A stretch of 64,000 nucleotides of DNA, from the NCBI GenBank assembly GCA_049671165.1, contig JBATUN010000034.1, positions 36,831 to 100,830 of the forward strand. The letters are read 5' to 3'. The notes under the pieces are model-generated. The model saw only the letters and a list, made by a program, of their open reading frames with translations. It had not been told where the DNA came from and searched no databases. Source of the stretch: Dehalococcoidia bacterium (GTDB taxonomy: Bacteria > Chloroflexota > Dehalococcoidia > GIF9 > AB-539-J10). Position numbers and translations under genes: made by a program. Below, piece by piece: positions 1-10,563 of the stretch. Every line of letters begins with the position of its first letter. Positions within the stretch are counted from its first letter, which is position 1.

Positions 1-521
1 TCTTTGACGTCGTGGACTTCAAAGGTGAAGCCAGAGTGCATATTGGAGGCAATAACCAGCCCAATGGTGTTGAAAGGGTCAGCGAATATCTTATATAGTG
101 GTAAATTCCAGGCGCCAGATGCCGTCTTATCCGCCATAAATATGACTATGGTTTCAGCCTGGCGCTCGGAAAATTGCATCTCAGCCGTACCAGGTCCCAT
201 CCCCTTGACAGTGCCGGAGAACGCATCAGATAGAAGGTCCTGCCCGGCACCATGTAGCTTCAATCTCTTAGCTACATTGGTGCATTCCACAAATGTATCC
301 CAGGCTAACTTGTGGATTTTCTCACTATCCTCGCCATGCTGATGAGTCATTATCAACTGGAGGTCGTCACCACAAACCGTAACGTGATAATCTATGAGCA
401 GCCCCTGGCCTTGGGCATGTTCCAGCTTTTCCTTGGCCTTTTGTATTACGTCGGGGTGACTGGAAGAATGCCCGACATAGCCACCGACGTCTGCTTTGAT
501 AACGCTTAAAGTTAATTCCAT
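1..521 (-). CDS. fbp: fructose-1,6-bisphosphate aldolase/phosphatase (class V FBPase), N-terminal ~173 aa; the gene runs off the left edge
   Basis: Own translation of the minus strand from ATG at 521 gives MELTLSVIKADVGGYVGHSSSHPDVIQKAKEKLEHAQGQGLLIDYHVTVCGDDLQLIMTHQHGEDSEKIHKLAWDTF...FMADKTASGAWNLPLYKIFADPFNTIGLVI. This matches the conserved N-terminus of the archaeal-type FBP aldolase/phosphatase family. An AGGGAGGGTG Shine-Dalgarno lies upstream. The ORF is absent from the track because it has no stop inside the window. Confidence 0.85.
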   Translation of the reverse strand, partial: MELTLSVIKADVGGYVGHSSSHPDVIQKAKEKLEHAQGQGLLIDYHVTVCGDDLQLIMTHQHGEDSEKIHKLAWDTFVECTNVAKRLKLHGAGQDLLSDAFSGTVKGMGPGTAEMQFSERQAETIVIFMADKTASGAWNLPLYKIFADPFNTIGLVIASNMHSGFTFEVHDVK

Positions 522-565
522 TTCACCCTCCCTTGCTGTAGTTTAACAATGGAAAGGGGTGAACG

Positions 566-1210
566 TCAATCTGGGATAGAAATTAGTCCTTCTTCACTGT
601 TACCTAAAGCCTCTGCCCTATTCTGGTGATAGAGTAGAGCAGTGTAAGCTGCCACCGCAGCATCACACAGGTCGTGGTCGAACATGTCTAGATATGGCTC
701 AAGACCAGGTAGGATGTTTCCGAGTTTATCTCTGAGAAAACCTATCCCTTGTTTGGTAGTTTTCCGGGGCATAGTTTTACCAAAGAGGCGGACTTTACTG
801 GCGAAGGGATAGACCTCAATGACTTGAGTAGCTTGTTTCAGCTCATGGCCAATGCTGGTCTTGAGCTCGATACCACGGTAGATCAAGTCCTTGATAAAGG
901 TCTTCTTGCTAGTGGGGTAACAAGGAATTCCTTGTTGCCGCAGCTCTTGGTCACATTGCCTGTACTTCCTTGGGAATTTTGGCTTGCAAGGACAGCTTTC
1001 CTCAAGACAGCATAACCCGGTTGGCAAGCTCAAGGGTGCATCAATGGCTGTTATTTGAGGTGAATAGAAATTTACCAGAGCGACGATATCTCTATTCTTT
1101 GTTAAGAAGCCAAGGTAAACAAGTTGTGATTTACTATCCAATCCTAAACAAGCGCTCGGTTTGGCTTCTGTTGAGGTTAAATCGATGCCCAAAAAAGTAG
1201 GATACTTCAT
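566..1210 (-). CDS. DUF429-like protein (predicted RNase H-fold nuclease)
   Basis: 214-aa ORF. The N-terminal FLGIDLT and AIDAPLSLP motifs are typical of the DUF429 family. It overlaps the upstream gene by 4 nt, consistent with an operon. Confidence 0.55.
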   Translation of the reverse strand: MKYPTFLGIDLTSTEAKPSACLGLDSKSQLVYLGFLTKNRDIVALVNFYSPQITAIDAPLSLPTGLCCLEESCPCKPKFPRKYRQCDQELRQQGIPCYPTSKKTFIKDLIYRGIELKTSIGHELKQATQVIEVYPFASKVRLFGKTMPRKTTKQGIGFLRDKLGNILPGLEPYLDMFDHDLCDAAVAAYTALLYHQNRAEALGNSEEGLISIPD

Positions 1211-2613
1211 GTTGGTGGAGAAGACCTTTTCCCTGACCGTTTTAATATCTCTCTAGCTGCCACTATACCTGAGGCTGAAGCTTGGACTAAACCCCGGCTG
1301 ACACCAGCGCCATCGCCAGCAGCAAACATATTACGGATCTCGGTCTCCAAACATTGGGTCAACTTTAGCCGACTGGAGTAGAACTTGACCTCTATTCCGT
1401 AAAGCAAAGTTTGAGGAGAAGCGACGCCCGGAACTAGTTTGTCCATAGCCTGAAGCATTTCCACTATACTCTTGAGATAGCGATAGGGGAGGGCGAAGCT
1501 CAAATCTCCGGGGGTTGCCGCTTTTAAGCTTGGTTCGATGGGATTATTAAGTAGGCGAGCTTGTGTGGAGCGGCGCCCATCCATTAAGTCCCCGAATCTC
1601 TGCACCAATACACCGCCACTAAGGACGTTAGCTAACCTTGCCAGATACTTACCATAGGCGATAGGTTCGTGGAAAGGCTCAGTGAAGGTGGTGCTTACTA
1701 AAATGGCAAAGTTAGTATTTTTTGTCCGGGGTTGGGTGTAACCAATGCCATTGACTGTAATCACGGGGTCAGAGCCGCCTGTGGACTCCATGATCACCTC
1801 GCCTCCAGGACACATGCAGAATGTTCTGACCCGGTCGTTGAAACTTCGGGAGTAAAACTCGAGTTTTGATTCATACAATGTCGAAGTTAGCTTCTCCATG
1901 GTTGTCATTGGTACTTCGATTCGGCTACCCACATCTACGGGGTTGGAATCAAGGCTTAGTTTAAGTCTCTTGGCTTCATTGCATAGCCATTCTGCCCCTT
2001 CCCTCCCCGGTGCTAAGATTAAGTAGCGACAGCTTAAGCTTTCACCATGGCTAGTTTCAACAGCTTTGACCGCACCATCATCAACTACAATATTCTCAAT
2101 TGTTATTCCCAGCCTTATGTCTAATTTCGGTGACAGATAATTCTGCATAGCCTTCAATGTTTCGTGGCAAAGCTCTGTTCCCAGGTGACGCAATTTAACG
2201 GGGATTAATGTGAGCCCGGCTGAGGCAGCCTCTCGCTCCAGCTCAGCTGTATTTCCTCCCATTCCATAAACCTTGGGAGGGGCGCCAAATTTAAGATAGA
2301 TAGAATCAACATAATCTATGAGTGCTCGGGCTTGAGCAAAACCGACCAATTCCTTGAGCCGGCCGCCTACCTGGGTGGACAAAGTTAGTTTGCCATCACT
2401 GAAAGCTCCAGCACCTCCAAAGCCACTGACTAAATGGCATGGAGAGCAAAGGGCACAGCACCCACTCGTGTTTTGAACGGGACAAACACGATCGTCAATT
2501 TCTCTGCCCTTGTCCAGAAGTAAAACGTCGAGGCCAGCATTACATAATTCCAAGCTAGCGAATATACCTGCAGGACCGGCACCGACTATGGCGACATCAT
2601 AAATTTTGGCCAT
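1207..2613 (-). CDS. FAD/NAD(P)-dependent oxidoreductase (COG2509-like)
   Basis: 468 aa with an N-terminal Rossmann motif DVAIVGAGPAGIFASLEL and a C-terminal AAGDGAG motif. Confidence 0.75.
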   Translation of the reverse strand: MAKIYDVAIVGAGPAGIFASLELCNAGLDVLLLDKGREIDDRVCPVQNTSGCCALCSPCHLVSGFGGAGAFSDGKLTLSTQVGGRLKELVGFAQARALIDYVDSIYLKFGAPPKVYGMGGNTAELEREAASAGLTLIPVKLRHLGTELCHETLKAMQNYLSPKLDIRLGITIENIVVDDGAVKAVETSHGESLSCRYLILAPGREGAEWLCNEAKRLKLSLDSNPVDVGSRIEVPMTTMEKLTSTLYESKLEFYSRSFNDRVRTFCMCPGGEVIMESTGGSDPVITVNGIGYTQPRTKNTNFAILVSTTFTEPFHEPIAYGKYLARLANVLSGGVLVQRFGDLMDGRRSTQARLLNNPIEPSLKAATPGDLSFALPYRYLKSIVEMLQAMDKLVPGVASPQTLLYGIEVKFYSSRLKLTQCLETEIRNMFAAGDGAGVSRGLVQASASGIVAAREILKRSGKRSSPPT

Positions 2614-2643
2614 CGTGATTCATATCGTGATTCATTCTGAGGG

Positions 2644-3615
2644 TTATTGACGCAGCCAATCAGTCAAGAGACTTCCAGATTTGAGGATTTTATCGACTGC
2701 GGAATATGGGTCGAGCTCTCCCTTTTCCACCTTCTCTATGTAGCTACTCAGTTGCCCATCTTGCTCGATTAAATTGAGCAACTTATGAGTGAGTTTTCGT
2801 TCTAGAGTTCTTATGAAATCCTGTTTTCGTTGGAGTTGGCGACGTTGTGAAAGTCTGCCCTCTTTACAGAGGGCTTGGTAGTGTAATTGAATTTGCCTGT
2901 AAAGTACCTCGGTGCCAACGTTGTTAACTGCTTCTGTGGCTACCACAGGTATATCCCACCAGGTCGGCTCACGGAGCTGCAGCATAGCTTGTATATCACG
3001 GACGAAGTTGTCGGCACCAGAATTGTCAGCCTTATTAACTACGAATATGTCAGCGATCTCAAATAGTCCTGCCTTCATCGTCTGGATAGCATCACCAGAT
3101 TCAGGACATAATATGACAAGCACAGTGTCGGTCTTCTCCATAATATCTATCTCGCTTTGCCCTACTCCTACGGTCTCCACGAGGATAGCGTCTTTGCCAG
3201 CGGCGTCAAGCAACTTGATCACAGAGCCTGCGGTTTGTGGTAACCCGCCCAGACCGCCACGAGTCGCCATACTGCGAATGAAAACCCCATCGTCAAGGTA
3301 ATGCTGTTGCATTCTTATCCGGTCACCTAATACTGCCCCTCCTGTGAATGGGCTTGAGGGATCCACGGCAATTATCCCGACTTTTAAGTCTTGTTTGCGC
3401 AGCAACGCTGTCAGCTTGTCCGCTAGGGTGCTCTTTCCTACTCCCGGCGGGCCGGTTATCCCTATGCAGTGTGCCTTACCCAAGTGTGGAGCGATGAGCT
3501 TCATTATTTCGGGCACTTGGCTGCTTTCGTTTTCTACCAGGCTGATGACCCGTGACAGGGAGACATTTTCTCCCTTGAGCATCTGTTCCACTAGCCTCGT
3601 GATCTTGGAAGTCAT
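2644..3615 (-). CDS. meaB: MeaB/ArgK-type G3E GTPase (methylmalonyl-CoA mutase-associated metallochaperone family)
   Basis: 323 aa with a P-loop GPPGVGKST, an ETVGVGQSE switch motif and an NKAD specificity motif. Confidence 0.8.
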   Translation of the reverse strand: MTSKITRLVEQMLKGENVSLSRVISLVENESSQVPEIMKLIAPHLGKAHCIGITGPPGVGKSTLADKLTALLRKQDLKVGIIAVDPSSPFTGGAVLGDRIRMQQHYLDDGVFIRSMATRGGLGGLPQTAGSVIKLLDAAGKDAILVETVGVGQSEIDIMEKTDTVLVILCPESGDAIQTMKAGLFEIADIFVVNKADNSGADNFVRDIQAMLQLREPTWWDIPVVATEAVNNVGTEVLYRQIQLHYQALCKEGRLSQRRQLQRKQDFIRTLERKLTHKLLNLIEQDGQLSSYIEKVEKGELDPYSAVDKILKSGSLLTDWLRQ

Positions 3616-3767
3616 CTATTATGGGGTGAAGCTATTCTATAGCTTTCTGAATTAGCGGTCAAATAGGCCTGCTAATGCGGCAGGAAGGGCTGTGGTTGAA
3701 TTGAATTGTGAGCCAAAGAAGGCTGTACGCAGGCCCGACGAACCTGTTTGGCGATTTGTGTCTTTCT

Positions 3768-4406
3768 TTACACAGGTTTGCCCACAGGCATTATATATAG
3801 GGGCTTAATTTGTTCATCTACCCCGAGGACTGTCCTCACCTCTTCATCATGGAAGGCGCCGACTTCCACTGTGGCTAGTCCTAAAGCCACGGCTTGAAGA
3901 TGGATGTTTTCACCTGCATGTCCCACTTCCATGTGAACATATCTCTCTCCACGTCTGCCATATCTGTAGGAAGTCCTGTGATAAAGAGCACAGATGACAA
4001 TATCCACCGGGGCGTCGATGATAAATTCTTGGTCCAGAGTTGCTCTGGCTAAATCTGGTCTTAAATCGGCCGGTTTGTGTAAGATCAAGGAGTGAGAATC
4101 TACCTCATAGTGGTAGACACCGGCCTGTAATTCTGCGGGAGCTTGGTTTGCCTCGCTGCCAATGACACCCTGTTCGCCAACGACCACAAAGATCTCCAAG
4201 GGATAGGTAGCTCCGGCGCTGGGCGCTGCCCTGAACCCTCTTGTTCCAGTGATGCCCTGAGCCGACCAGAGTATTTGACTCAGTTGAGATAAAGCTAGTG
4301 GCTCCCTACGGTACCTACGAACCGATCTGCGCCTCAGTATCGTTTCCTCTAATGAAACCTTGCCTTTTAACTGAGGAAAAGGAAGCTTGATCGTAGTTTG
4401 TCCCAT
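3768..4406 (-). CDS. SagB/ThcOx-type nitroreductase-family dehydrogenase
   Basis: 212 aa with an RRSVRRY motif near the N-terminus and a nitroreductase-fold pattern. Confidence 0.65.
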   Translation of the reverse strand: MGQTTIKLPFPQLKGKVSLEETILRRRSVRRYRREPLALSQLSQILWSAQGITGTRGFRAAPSAGATYPLEIFVVVGEQGVIGSEANQAPAELQAGVYHYEVDSHSLILHKPADLRPDLARATLDQEFIIDAPVDIVICALYHRTSYRYGRRGERYVHMEVGHAGENIHLQAVALGLATVEVGAFHDEEVRTVLGVDEQIKPLYIMPVGKPV

Positions 4407-4444
4407 GCCGAATCCCTTGCTACACGCAAAGTAACAAATGACGT

Positions 4445-5902
4445 TTAGCCCTTGATAACGCCCATAGGTATAGCCATAGCCACTTTTCTAGAAATACCAG
4501 CCTGGTGAACCACGTCTATAACTTCAGTGATATCTTTGTAAGCTTGGGATGCCTCCTCAGCTAGCGAAGAGATGTTTCCCGCCTTGATGGTAATACCTCT
4601 GCTCTCTAATTCTCGAACTACATCTCTACCCTGCATACTCCGCCTGGCAGCACCGCGACTTAACACTCTCCCGGCACCATGACAAGTGGAGCCAAAGCTC
4701 TCAGACATAGCCCTTTCAGTGCCCACGGCAACAAAAGAACAACGTCCCATGTCTCCGGGCACGAGCACAGGTTGCCCCACCTCCTTGTAGCGTCTGGGAG
4801 TATCCTTATGGCCCGCCGGAAAAGCTCTGGTAGCTCCTTTGCGGTGAACGCAAACCTTAAGCTTGTGACCATCTATTGTATGTTCTTCTATTTTGGCTAT
4901 GTTATGGGCGACATCATAAACCTGCCTCATGCCAAGTTTCTCAGGGCTTTTACCGAAAATTTTAGAAAAACTTTCTCTAACCCAGTGGGCAATGCACTGC
5001 CGGTTAACCCAAGCGTAGTTAGCAGCACATGCCATGGCAGCTAGATAATCTTGGCCTTCCGATGATTCTATGGGAGCGCAGGCGAGCTGCCGGTCGGGGA
5101 GCTTTATCCCGTACTTCGATACCGCCCCCTCCATGACACGCAGATGGTCAGTACATACTTGGTGACCGAAGCCGCGAGAGCCTGTGTGAATCAGGACTAG
5201 TATCTGACCTATCTCAGTGATGCCCATAATGCTAGCTATATGAGGATCGAATATCTCCTTCACCACCTGAATCTCAAGAAAATGATTTCCTGAGCCTAAT
5301 GTCCCGGCCTGAGGTGTGCCCCTTTTTGCCGCTTTATCGCTTATCTTGCTGGGATCGGCACCACTGAGACATCCACCTTCTTCAGTAACATCCAAATCTT
5401 CCTCGGAACCCAGGCCACGCTTCACTGCCCAACGAGCTCCCTCAACCATCAACTGGTTCATCTCTTTTTGACTTACCTTTATCTTCCCTTCAGAGCCAAG
5501 GCCTGATGGCACATTAAGGAATAATGCATTAATGAGCTCATTAATTCTGGGCCGCACTTCAGCTTCACTGAGACTGGTACCTAATAACCTTACACCGCAA
5601 TTAATATCGTAGCCCACTCCCCCCGGGGAAATTACGCCATCCTTAATGTCCATTGCCGCCACTCCGCCTATAGGGAAGCCATAGCCCCAGTGGATATCTG
5701 GCATGGCAAAGGAGTAACCTACTATACCGGGTAGGAACGCAACATTGGCGACTTGCTCTGGCGTTTGGTCCTCGCGTATAGATTCTAGCATTTCCTTACT
5801 GGCATATATTAGACCAGGAACCCTCATGCCAGTTCTGTAATTTTCGGGAATCTTCCAGCGATAATCGTCTATCTTAATAAGCTGTCCTTGCCATTGTGTC
5901 AT
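4445..5902 (-). CDS. rtcB: RNA-splicing ligase RtcB
   Basis: 485 aa carrying conserved RtcB motifs: MPDIHWGYGFPIGGV, GYDINCGVR, GSGNHFLE and HTGSRGFGHQ. Confidence 0.92.
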   Translation of the reverse strand: MTQWQGQLIKIDDYRWKIPENYRTGMRVPGLIYASKEMLESIREDQTPEQVANVAFLPGIVGYSFAMPDIHWGYGFPIGGVAAMDIKDGVISPGGVGYDINCGVRLLGTSLSEAEVRPRINELINALFLNVPSGLGSEGKIKVSQKEMNQLMVEGARWAVKRGLGSEEDLDVTEEGGCLSGADPSKISDKAAKRGTPQAGTLGSGNHFLEIQVVKEIFDPHIASIMGITEIGQILVLIHTGSRGFGHQVCTDHLRVMEGAVSKYGIKLPDRQLACAPIESSEGQDYLAAMACAANYAWVNRQCIAHWVRESFSKIFGKSPEKLGMRQVYDVAHNIAKIEEHTIDGHKLKVCVHRKGATRAFPAGHKDTPRRYKEVGQPVLVPGDMGRCSFVAVGTERAMSESFGSTCHGAGRVLSRGAARRSMQGRDVVRELESRGITIKAGNISSLAEEASQAYKDITEVIDVVHQAGISRKVAMAIPMGVIKG

Positions 5903-5913
5903 ATCATTAACTC

Positions 5914-6348
5914 CTAAATATCGAAAATTACCCGTGCCTTGTAGCCATCATTATTTTTGTCCAGCTTCAGCATATGATATGTGGCTGCTTTTACTCCTCT
6001 CTTTATCTTGTGTTTCATGGGATCAAAACCTTCCCCATGACAGGTAGCCTTAAGTTCATTGTGAGTCAGACTTTCAATATCGAACCGGTTGAATAGGATG
6101 TGTTTGGCATCAAAAAAATAAATGAGTTCGTTAAGCCATTCAACTAGCAAGCTGTCTCTCTCGTCGCTGCTTACTCTCAAATTGAGATGTGATTTCTCTT
6201 GAATGCTTTCAGGTTCAGTAATCAAACTGAACAAAGCTAGAGCAGCGTTGCAGAAAAGCTCCTCGATATCCGTCCCGTAGGCGATGATGCCCACGTCAGC
6301 AGTATGGTCAATTATTTCGAAAGCCCTTTTCATTCCTCTAGTGTCCAT
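5914..6348 (-). CDS. archease (RtcB activator)
   Basis: 144 aa with the N-terminal HTADVG motif. It lies immediately upstream of rtcB on the same strand. Confidence 0.85.
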   Translation of the reverse strand: MDTRGMKRAFEIIDHTADVGIIAYGTDIEELFCNAALALFSLITEPESIQEKSHLNLRVSSDERDSLLVEWLNELIYFFDAKHILFNRFDIESLTHNELKATCHGEGFDPMKHKIKRGVKAATYHMLKLDKNNDGYKARVIFDI

Positions 6349-6652
6349 TATACAAAAACAGCAACGACATCTCCATTCATGCTTGCTCTTTTTTGCACTT
6401 CGCTTAGGCTGCTGCTACAATCAACGCTCAAGACAGTGAAGGTCGTATCTTCTCGACAAGCTGCGCGATTTGGCAAATCATCAATTACCTTGTATCATTA
6501 GGGTAGCAATAGGCAAATGCCTGTATCAAACTTGACTTCCTCGTGTGGAGAGTCATATGGTTCTGGCGATGCGAAGAATAAACGCTAGAGCTAAAGCGAG
6601 CCTCAAGTTAGCAGACCGTGATGAAGGATCTGTCCCCGAGAGGTAGATAGAA

Positions 6653-7771
6653 ATGCCATCCCAGGATTACATGGAATGTGCTCTGTCTCTGGCCAGATTG
6701 GCTATGGGATATACCACTCCTAACCCAGCAGTTGGGGCGGTAGTTGTTAAGGATGGACTTGCTATCGGCATGGGATATACCCAACCTGTTGGCTGTGAAC
6801 ATGCTGAGGTTATGGCGCTCTGTCAAGCTGGGGATAAGGCACAAGGTGCTACCATGTATGTTACCTTGGAGCCTTGCCCTCATTACGGACATACGCCACC
6901 CTGCACTCAAGCCATAATTGATGCCGCTATTTCAGAAGTCCATATAGCCTTACTTGATCCTAACCCTGTGGTTTCTGGACTTGGCGTAAGGAGGCTAAAT
7001 GAGAAGGGCATCAAGACCCATATAGGTATGTGTCAGCAGGAAGCTTATGAGATAAACGAGGCTTATATTAAGCACATTACCACAGGCTTACCATTTGTCG
7101 TGGCCAAATTCGCTATGAGCCTTGACGGCAAGATTGCTACTAAGACTGGTGATTCTAAATGGATAACCAGGGAACAGACGAGAAAGTATGCACATGCCCT
7201 ACGACACACTGCTGATGCCATAATGGTGGGAGTGAACACTATTGTTGCGGATAATCCTCGCCTCACTGCTAAGGGCTGTGGTGGCAGAGGTGGCATGGGG
7301 AAAAAGCAGCCTCTACGTTTGGTCATCGACAGCAAAGGAAAAGTGCCGTTGAACTCTCGTATTTTTGAGCCACCAGGCGAAGTCTTACTCGCTGTGGTGG
7401 CACCTTTTGACTCCGTGAAGAAGGGAAAATTTGTAGATCTGGGTGCTGAGGTGGTGGAATTACCAGCCAGGGGAGATTCAGTAGATATAGTAGAGTTATT
7501 GAAGTTGTTGGGGGGGAGGGAGATTGTTACCGTCTTGGTGGAGGGGGGCGGTAAGCTTCTTGGTTCGCTTTTTGACCACCACTTAGTGGATAAGGTATTA
7601 GCTTTCATTTCGCCGATCATCATTGGGGGTTGCGAGGCTGTAAGTGTGGGGGGGAATGGCGTCGATAATATAGCTAAGGCTTTGCGCCTTACTCGAGTTG
7701 ACATCAAGACTTTCGGCGATGATATATTAGTTAGTGGATATTCCGAGAAACGGTTACCGCAGGAGGCGTAG
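6653..7771 (+). CDS. ribD: bifunctional riboflavin biosynthesis deaminase/reductase RibD
   Basis: 372 aa with the deaminase zinc motifs HAE and PCxxxxxxPPC, followed by a reductase domain. It is the first gene of the rib operon. Confidence 0.92.
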   Translation: MPSQDYMECALSLARLAMGYTTPNPAVGAVVVKDGLAIGMGYTQPVGCEHAEVMALCQAGDKAQGATMYVTLEPCPHYGHTPPCTQAIIDAAISEVHIALLDPNPVVSGLGVRRLNEKGIKTHIGMCQQEAYEINEAYIKHITTGLPFVVAKFAMSLDGKIATKTGDSKWITREQTRKYAHALRHTADAIMVGVNTIVADNPRLTAKGCGGRGGMGKKQPLRLVIDSKGKVPLNSRIFEPPGEVLLAVVAPFDSVKKGKFVDLGAEVVELPARGDSVDIVELLKLLGGREIVTVLVEGGGKLLGSLFDHHLVDKVLAFISPIIIGGCEAVSVGGNGVDNIAKALRLTRVDIKTFGDDILVSGYSEKRLPQEA

Positions 7772-7786
7772 GTTTAGGGGCAGAGT

Positions 7787-8428
7787 ATGTTCACAGGTAT
7801 AGTCGAGGAGATCGGCATAGTCGGGGAGACAAGCGGGGACCACCTGGCGTTCGAAGCCCGTAAGGTGCTCGAAGGAACGAAAGCGGGCGATAGCATAGCT
7901 GTCAATGGTGTTTGCCTGACTGTTGTCTCCTTGGAGAATCATGGCGTCGGTATTAACGTTATGCCCGAGACGCTACGTCGCACTAATCTCGGCAGACTTC
8001 ATCATAGCGACCAGGTAAATTTGGAGAGGGCACTGGTACTGGGGGGGCGCCTGGGTGGCCATTTGGTGTTGGGTCATGTAGATGACACGGGGGAAGTACT
8101 AGATGTAAGTAGCGAAGAAGGCGCGCGTATTGTGAGGATTTCGGCACCAACCGAACTAATGCCTTACATGGTGGATAAAGGCTTTATCGCTGTTGATGGT
8201 GTTAGTCTTACCATAGTAAACGTGGAGGATTTTTCTTTTGTTGTGTCTTTGGTAGGTTACACTATGGAAAATACCACATTAGGAAGGAAGACGCCTGGTG
8301 ACATAGTCAATTTGGAGGTAGACGTCATAGCTAAGTATGTCCAAAATCTTAAGGGGCAAAGAGGACAAAGTCTAAGCATTGAATTCCTTAGGGAATACGG
8401 ATTTGCAGGGGGAATAGATGCTGAGTAG
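7787..8428 (+). CDS. ribE: riboflavin synthase alpha chain
   Basis: 213 aa starting MFTGIVEE, with duplicated lumazine-binding repeats (VNGVCLTV and VDGVSLTI). Confidence 0.92.
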   Translation: MFTGIVEEIGIVGETSGDHLAFEARKVLEGTKAGDSIAVNGVCLTVVSLENHGVGINVMPETLRRTNLGRLHHSDQVNLERALVLGGRLGGHLVLGHVDDTGEVLDVSSEEGARIVRISAPTELMPYMVDKGFIAVDGVSLTIVNVEDFSFVVSLVGYTMENTTLGRKTPGDIVNLEVDVIAKYVQNLKGQRGQSLSIEFLREYGFAGGIDAE

Positions 8429-9620
8429 CATTTTTGAGGCAATTGAAGATATAAGGGCAGGCAGATTCATCATTATCGTTGATGATGAGTCACGCGAAAA
8501 TGAAGGAGATCTGGCCATCGCTGCCGAGAAGGTTACCCCTGAAGCCATAAATTTCATGGCTAAGCACGGTCGCGGACTGATTTGCCTTCCTATCACTGGA
8601 CAAAGGCTCGACGAATTGGGAATACCACTGATGGTTAGCAATAACACTTCACGCTACTCTACTGCCTTTACAGTTTCCATTGAAGCCAAGGATAAGGTCA
8701 CTACTGGCATCTCTGCTTTTGATCGAGCACAGACCATAAAAACGGTGCTTGATCCCAATACCAAGCCGAGTGACATAGCTCAGCCAGGGCATATATTTCC
8801 TATTCGGGCTAAGGAAGGCGGGGTGTTAGTACGAGCGGGGCACAGCGAAGCTATGACTGATCTGGCTAGACTAGCCGGACTTTATCCTGCTGGCGTTATA
8901 TGCGAGGTCATGGATGAAGATGGCACAATGGCCCGCCTGCCTCAACTTGAAGCCATAGCTTCGAAGTTCGACCTGAAGATAATAACTATAGTCGATTTGA
9001 TTGCCTACCGTCTTCGCCATGAAAAACTGGTGCAAAGAGTAGCTGAGGCTAGGCTGCCTACTGCGTATGGCGAGTTTGCAGCCGTCGCTTACAAAAGCAC
9101 TGTCGATGCCGCTGAACATGTTGCTCTGGTTAAAGGTGATATATCAAATGATGAGCCGATCCTGGTACGTGTTCACAGTGAATGTCTTACCGGGGACGTC
9201 TTTGGTAGTTTGAGATGCGATTGTGGAGCTCAAATCGAAATGGCTTTGGAAAGCATAGCCAAAGAAGACCGAGGCATTTTTCTTTATATGAGACAGGAAG
9301 GAAGGGGCATCGGGTTTCACAACAAGCTTCGCGCCTATGCTCTTCAGGATCAGGGAATGGATACCGTGGAGGCTAACATAGCCTTAGGTTTTGCTGCTGA
9401 TTTGAGAGACTATGGAGTGGGCGCCCAGATCTTAGCTGACTTGGGTTTACATAATATTCGATTGCTTACCAATAATCCCAAGAAGGTGATCGGGCTGGAA
9501 AGCTATGGAATCAAAATAGTAGAGACTGTCCCTCTAATAGCCCCAGCTACCCCTTATAACATTCGTTACTTGGAAGCCAAGCAAAAGAAGTTGGGACATA
9601 CTCTGAATCTAGAAAAATGA
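8418..9620 (+). CDS. ribBA: bifunctional 3,4-dihydroxy-2-butanone-4-phosphate synthase / GTP cyclohydrolase II
   Basis: 400 aa with a DRENEGD-like motif ([11 protein letters not shown]) and the cyclohydrolase II motif [18 protein letters not shown]. Confidence 0.92.
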   Translation: MLSSIFEAIEDIRAGRFIIIVDDESRENEGDLAIAAEKVTPEAINFMAKHGRGLICLPITGQRLDELGIPLMVSNNTSRYSTAFTVSIEAKDKVTTGISAFDRAQTIKTVLDPNTKPSDIAQPGHIFPIRAKEGGVLVRAGHSEAMTDLARLAGLYPAGVICEVMDEDGTMARLPQLEAIASKFDLKIITIVDLIAYRLRHEKLVQRVAEARLPTAYGEFAAVAYKSTVDAAEHVALVKGDISNDEPILVRVHSECLTGDVFGSLRCDCGAQIEMALESIAKEDRGIFLYMRQEGRGIGFHNKLRAYALQDQGMDTVEANIALGFAADLRDYGVGAQILADLGLHNIRLLTNNPKKVIGLESYGIKIVETVPLIAPATPYNIRYLEAKQKKLGHTLNLEK

Positions 9621-9684
9621 CAAAAGGCCAAGCTCAAATGTCAAAGAAAGATAGTCTGGCGTTTAGGCATTTGAACTTGATTTG
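9621..9684. repeat. family-B A/T-rich interspersed repeat, copy B1 (inverted relative to B2 and B3)
   Basis: The reverse complement of 9629-9646 (TTGACATTTGAGCTTGGCC) matches the B2 core TTGACATTTGAGTTTGCCC. A second arm, GGCATTTGAACTTGATTTG, follows. The element is intergenic between ribBA and ribH. Confidence 0.5.
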
Positions 9685-9708
9685 CAGTTTGTTCATAGGA
9701 GGCTAAGA

Positions 9709-10179
9709 ATGACTAAGCATAAGTACGAAGGTATCCTGATAGGAAAAGGTCTTAAGTTTGCCGTGGTTGTTTCCCGTTTCAATGAGCTAATAACCACAAA
9801 ACTGCTTGAGGGAGCAAAAGATGCTTTGTTGCGCCACGGTGTCGCTGAGGGTGACATCGATGTTGCCTGGACTCCGGGTTGTCTGGAGATCCCGCTTGTA
9901 AGCAAGAAACTAGCGCAGAGTAATAAGTACGATGCGATAGTATGCCTTGGCGCGGTGATTCGCGGTGGCACCCCCCATTCCGAGTATGTTGCTTCCGAGG
10001 TGAATCGGGGAATTAGCAGGGTAAGTTTGGATACTGGCTTACCGGTGATACAAGGCGTAATAACAGCCGATACTTTGGAACAGGCTATTCAAAGAGCAGG
10101 TGCCAAAGAGGGTAATAGAGGCTTTACTGCTGCGGTAAGCGCTATTGAGATGGCCAACTTACTTAAGGCTATTCAGTGA
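9709..10179 (+). CDS. ribH: 6,7-dimethyl-8-ribityllumazine synthase
   Basis: The track ORF starts at 9682. I prefer the ATG at 9709 because it is preceded by AGGAGG. The sequence MTKHKYEG...FAVVVSRFN is typical of RibH. Confidence 0.9.
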   Translation: MTKHKYEGILIGKGLKFAVVVSRFNELITTKLLEGAKDALLRHGVAEGDIDVAWTPGCLEIPLVSKKLAQSNKYDAIVCLGAVIRGGTPHSEYVASEVNRGISRVSLDTGLPVIQGVITADTLEQAIQRAGAKEGNRGFTAAVSAIEMANLLKAIQ

Positions 10180-10423
10180 CTTTGTAGACTTTGTCACCCC
10201 GCCTTACCCTATCAGGAACTTTTATGCCCACAAGGTCGCCGGGCTTGCCATCGGTGATATCGGCGCGATCAATTTGCATGGACTCCACCATAAGTTCCAT
10301 ATCTGTAGTGCTGCCCTTGATATGGATTTTATCACCCGTTTTCAATGTGCCGCTTAGCTCTATACCAGCTACCACAGGATTAGCAAAAAAATCCGTTACC
10401 TTACCGATCTCCACTTCGCCCAT
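10169..10423 (-). CDS. small EF-Tu domain-2-like beta-barrel protein (translation elongation factor-like)
   Basis: 84 aa with a GDKIHIKG....GDLVGIKV pattern resembling the translation-factor domain II fold. AGGAGG lies upstream. It overlaps the ribH 3' end convergently by 11 nt. Confidence 0.5.
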   Translation of the reverse strand: MGEVEIGKVTDFFANPVVAGIELSGTLKTGDKIHIKGSTTDMELMVESMQIDRADITDGKPGDLVGIKVPDRVRRGDKVYKVTE

Positions 10424-10563
10424 CTTCGGATACCTCCTTTTGTAGGGATATTCTACACTTCTGCCGATTAAAAATCAACCTGGAGGACCGGTTACACCTT
10501 GACAAGTCACACTGCTAAGCTTATGATAGTAAATCAAATAAATCTAACGGGAGGTAGTGCACC

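Noticed and set aside
4-509. Plus-strand ORFs 4..342 and 312..509 from the track
   Set aside because: They lie antisense to a clearly recognisable class V FBP aldolase/phosphatase reading frame on the minus strand (1..521), so they are shadow ORFs.
2612-2635. Perfect tandem duplication of a 12-mer (ATCGTGATTCAT x2) at the start of the FAD-oxidoreductase gene, creating a 12-codon out-of-frame upstream ORF on the minus strand
   Set aside because: It is too short to interpret and is most simply a slippage duplication. There is no evidence for a regulatory leader peptide.
3640-3700. Possible degenerate seventh copy of the array repeat (..CTGAATTAGCGGTCAAATAGGCCTGCTAATGCGG..)
   Set aside because: It shares only the AGGCCT centre and a few flanking bases. 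The terminal inverted repeats are missing, so the resemblance is indistinguishable from chance by eye.
6480-6652. Expected FMN (RFN) riboswitch upstream of ribD
   Set aside because: I could not find the conserved core (GGGUGAAAUUCCC ... CCGACGGU ... GGAUGGGAGA-type segments). Only vague resemblances such as GATGAAGGATC are present, so I do not call it. An Infernal scan with RF00050 would settle it.
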